The notes under the pieces: model-generated | The model's database searches: none | What the model saw: only the letters and a program-made list of their open reading frames with translations | What the model was told of the DNA's origin: nothing | Position numbers and translations under genes: made by a program | Shown here: piece after piece, positions 60,001 to 64,000 of the stretch | Numbering within the stretch: position 1 is the stretch's first letter | Layout: each line of letters opens with the position of its first letter | Source: the human T2T-CHM13v2.0 reference genome, Homo sapiens | Reading direction: 5' to 3' (one strand) | Length of the DNA: 64,000 nt | Assembly: GCF_009914755.1 (NCBI RefSeq) | Contig: NC_060937.1

Positions 60001-62155
60001 ATACTGTACTTAAAATATCAAAGTACCCAAAATATATATTGTATACTGTACATAAAATATGAAGGTACATCAAAGATATATTATATTCTGTACATAAAAT
60101 ATCAAAGTACACCAAATATATATTATATGCTGTACATAATATATTAAAGTTGCCCATATATACATTATATACTGTACATAAAATATGAACGTACATCAAA
60201 TATATAGTATATGCTGCACATAAAATATCAAAGTACCCAAAGTATGTATTATACACTGTACATAAAATATCAAAGTACCAAAAGTATATATTACATACTG
60301 TAAATAAAATATGAAGGTACCTCAAATATATATTATATTCTGTACATAAAATATCAAAGTACACCAAGTATATACTATATACTCTGCATAAAATATTAAA
60401 TTACCCAAAATATGTATTGCATTGTGTACATAAAATATGAAAGTAACCAAACATTTATAATAAACTGTACATAAAATATCAAAGTACTCAAACTGTATAT
60501 TATATACTGTACATAAAGTATCAAAGTACCCAAACTGTGTAGTATATACTGTACATAAAATATCAAGGTACCCAAAATATATATTGTAAACTGTAGATAA
60601 AATATCAAAGTACCCAAAATATATATTATATACTGTACATAAAATATGAAGGCACATCCAATATATATTATATTCTGTACATAAAATATCAAAGTACACC
60701 AAATGTATATTATATACTGTACATAAAATATCAAAGTACCCAAAGTGTATATTATATACTGTACATAAACTATGAAGGTTCATCAAATATATTTTATATT
60801 CTGCACATAATATATCAAAGTACAGCAAATATATATTATATACTGTACATAAAATATCAAAGTACCCAAAATATGTATTATATACTGTACATAAAATATG
60901 AAAGTAACCAAACATTTATAATAAACTGTACATAAAGTAACAAAGTACTCAAACTACATATTATATACAGTATATAAAATGTCAAATTACCCAAACTGTA
61001 TATTATATACTGTACATAATATATCAAAGTACCCGAATATATAGCATACTGTACATAAAATATCAAAGTACCCAAAGTGTGTATTATACACTGCACATAA
61101 AATATGAAGGTACATAAAATATATATTGTATTCTGTACATAAAATATCAAAGTACTCCAAATATATATTATATGCTGTACATAATATATTAAAGTCGCCC
61201 AAATATATATTATATACTGTACATAAAATATGAAGGTACATCAAATATATATTATATGCTGCACATAAAATATCAAAGTACCCAAAGTATGTGTTATATA
61301 CTGTACATAAAATATCAAAGTACCCAAAGTATATATTATATACTGTACATAAAATATAAAATACCCCAAATATATATTATATGCTGTACATAAAATATCA
61401 AAGTACACAAAATATGTATTATATACTGTACATAAAATACCAAAGGACCCAAAATATATATTATATACTGTACATAAAATATCAAAATACCCAAAATATA
61501 TATTATATACTGTACATAAAATACCAAAGTACCCAAAGTATATATTATATACCGTACAAAAAATATCAAAGTAGCCAAAATATGTATTATACACTGTACA
61601 TAATATATGAAAGTACCCAAACATTTATAATAAACTGTACATAAAATATCAATGTACTCAAACTATATATTATGTGCGGTACATAAGATATCAAAGTACC
61701 CATACTATATAGTATATACTGTACTTAAAATATCAAAATACCCAAAATATATATTATATACGTTACATAAACTATCAAATACACAAAGTATGTATTATAT
61801 ACTGTACATAAAATAGCAAAGTTCCCAAAATATGTATTATATACTGTACATAAAATATGAAAGTACCCAACCATTTATAATAAACTCTACATAAAATACC
61901 AAAGTACCCAAACTGTGTATTATATACTGTCCATAAAATATCAAAGGACCCAAAATATATATCGTAAACTCTACATAAAATATCAAAGTAGCCAAAATAC
62001 ATATTGTATACTGTACATAAAATATAAAAGTACCCCAAATATATATTATATACTGTACATAAAATATCAAAGTACCCATAATACATATTATATACTGTAC
62101 ATAAAATATCAAAGGACCCAAAATAAACATTATATACTGTACATAAAATATCCAA
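57054..62155 (+). repeat. Two type B HORs fused through a 924-bp deletion (5102 bp)
   Basis: 5102 = 2 x 3013 - 924. Junction 'tgtcaactgtacataaaatatcaaagtactcaatctaca' near 59878-59901. Confidence 0.8.
59140..61830 (+). repeat. Near-identical copy of ~46620-49310 (offset 12,520 bp)
   Basis: ORF pairs 46632/59152, 47458/59978, 47802/60322 and 48721/61241 all differ by 12,520. The 924-bp deletion junction and the 'cccaaatatttata' variant are shared. Confidence 0.85.
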
Positions 62156-64000
62156 ATACTCAAAATATATATTACATACTGTACATAAAATATCAAAGTA
62201 CCCAAATTATGTACTATATACTGTATGTAAAATATCAGAGTACCCAAAATATGCATTATATACTGTACATAAAATATGAAAGTAACAAAACATTTATAAT
62301 AAACTGTACATAAAATATCAAAGTACTCAAACTATATATCATATACTGTACATAAAATATCAAAGTACCCAAACTGTGTATTATTATATACTGTATATAA
62401 AATATCAAAGTACCTGAAATATATATTGTATACTGTACATAAAATATCAAAGTACCCAAAATATATACTATATACTGTACATAAAATATGAAGGTACATC
62501 AAATATATATTATATCCTGTACATAAAATAACAAAGTACACCTATTATATATTGTGTACTGTACATAATATATTAAATCGCCCAAATATATATTGTATAC
62601 TGTATATAAAATATGAAGGTACTTCAAATATATATTATATGCTGCACATAAAATATCAAAGTACCCAAGGTATGCATTACATACTGTACATAAAATATCA
62701 AAGTACACAAATTATATATTATATACTGTACATAAAATATGTAGGTTCATCAAATATATTTTATATTCTGTACATAATATATCAAAGTACATCAAATATA
62801 TATTATATACGGTACATAAAATATCAAATTACCCAAAATATATATTATTTACTGTACATAAAATATGAAAGTAACCAAACATTTATAATAAACTGTACAT
62901 AAATTATCAAAGTACTCAATCTACATATTATATACAGTATATAAAATATCAAAGTACACAAACTGTATATTATATACTGTACATAATATGTCAAAGTACC
63001 CAGAATATATAGCATACTGTACATACAATATCAAAGTACCCAAAATATATATTGTATACTGTACATAAAATATGAAGGTACATCAAAGATATATTATATT
63101 CTGTACATAAAATATCAAAGTACACCAAATATATATTATATGCTGTACATAATATATTAAAGTTGCCCATGTATACATTTTATACTGTACATAAAATATG
63201 AAGGTACATCAAATATATAGTATATGCTGCACATAAAATATCAAAGTACCCAAAGTATGTATTATATACTGTACATAAAATATCAAAGTACCAAAAGTAT
63301 ATATTACCTACTGTAAATAAAATGTGAAGATACCTCAAATATATATTATATTCTGTACATGAAATATCAAAGTACACCAAGTATATACTATATACTCTAC
63401 ATAAAATATTAAATTACCCAAAATATGTATTGTATTGTGTACATAAAATATGAAAATAACCAAACATTTATAATAAACTGTACATAAAATATCAAAGTAC
63501 TCAAACTTTATATTATATACTGTACATAAAGTATCAAAGTACCCAAACTGTGTAGTATATACTGTACATAAAATATCAAGGTACCCAAAATGTATATTGT
63601 AAACTGTAGATAAAATATCAAAGTACCCAAAATATATATTATATACTGTACATAAAATATGAAGGCACATCCAATATATATTATATTCTGTACATAAAAT
63701 ATCAAAGTACACCAAATGTATATTATATACTGTACATAAAATATAAAACTACCCCAAATATATATTATATACTCTACATAAAATATCAAAGTACCCAAAA
63801 TATATATTATATACTGTACATAATATATCAAAGTACCCATAGTATGTATTATATCCTGTACATAAAATATGAAAGTACGTCAAATATATATTCAATTCTG
63901 CACATAAAATATCATATTGCACCAAATATATATTGTATACTGTATATAAAATATGAAGGTACTTCAAATATATATTATATGCTGCACATAAAATATCAAA
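62156..64000 (+). repeat. Partial type A HOR running off the window end
   Basis: Same haplotype as 15617-17460 (offset 46,539): aaatgtgaagatacctc, atgaaaataacc, gaaagtacgtca. Confidence 0.8.

Larger units (their letters stand above)
1..64000 (+). repeat. HSat1A (Human Satellite I / SAR) 42-bp satellite array, pericentromeric or acrocentric-type heterochromatin
   Basis: Continuous head-to-tail ~42-bp monomers ACATAAAATAT(C/G)AA(A/G)GT + AC(CC/AT)CAAATATATATTATATACTGT across the window, with the A-rich strand always on +. Two GTAC (RsaI) sites per consensus monomer give the 17+25 bp subunits that define classical satellite I. Family named from recall, not from a database search. Confidence 0.95.

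Noticed and set aside
148-63967. Hundreds of 60-197 aa Y/I-rich ORFs on both strands (YFGYFDILCTVYNI, LGTLIFYVQYIIYI, YYILYIKYQSTQNI repeats)
   Set aside because: 42 bp is 14 codons, so any frame without a stop in the consensus stays open. The ORFs overlap in several frames, end at random indels or SNPs, mostly begin at alternative starts and resemble no known domain. I used them only as positional markers.
1-64000. CRISPR-like alternation of a conserved core (ctgtacataaaatatcaaagtac) with variable segments
   Set aside because: The variable parts are diverged copies of one consensus, not unique spacers. There are no cas genes or leader.
1-64000. HSat1B/DYZ2, alpha satellite or HSat2/3 identity
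   Set aside because: No Alu fragment or 2.4-kb unit, no 171-bp monomer or CENP-B box, and no CATTC repeats were seen.
1-64000. Inversion, transposon insertion or unique-sequence island
   Set aside because: None found on reading through. Strand polarity and monomer register persist throughout, and the largest non-consensus insert seen is 12 bp.
1-64000. Assignment to a specific chromosome
   Set aside because: HSat1A arrays occur on several chromosomes. This cannot be decided without mapping to a T2T assembly.

Overview
The whole 64 kb is one uninterrupted, single-orientation array of a ~42-bp AT-rich tandem repeat (consensus ACATAAAATATCAAAGTACCCAAAATATATATTATATACTGT, 34/42 A+T). It matches human/hominid classical Satellite I (HSat1A / SAR), whose monomer is a 17-bp plus a 25-bp subunit bounded by RsaI GTAC sites. 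I see no genes, RNA genes, transposons, CRISPR array or inversion; the ORF track is an artefact of the 42-bp (14-codon) period. I cannot support a new gene-encoded system here. What is notable is the hidden higher-order architecture, decoded by eye from marker monomers and ORF coordinates. There are two higher-order repeat (HOR) types, B (~3013 bp, 72-mer) and A (~3307 bp, 79-mer = B plus a 294-bp 7-mer block). Every off-size unit is accounted for arithmetically by near-whole-monomer deletions or duplications plus a few small indels. On top of this lie recent block duplications (about 9 kb at offset 33,070; about 2.7 kb at offset 12,520), a new 1340-bp tandem unit, and a 5-bp deletion that sits in opposite paralogous monomers in two copies of the same block. 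Coordinates are read by eye and breakpoints are given as homology intervals.
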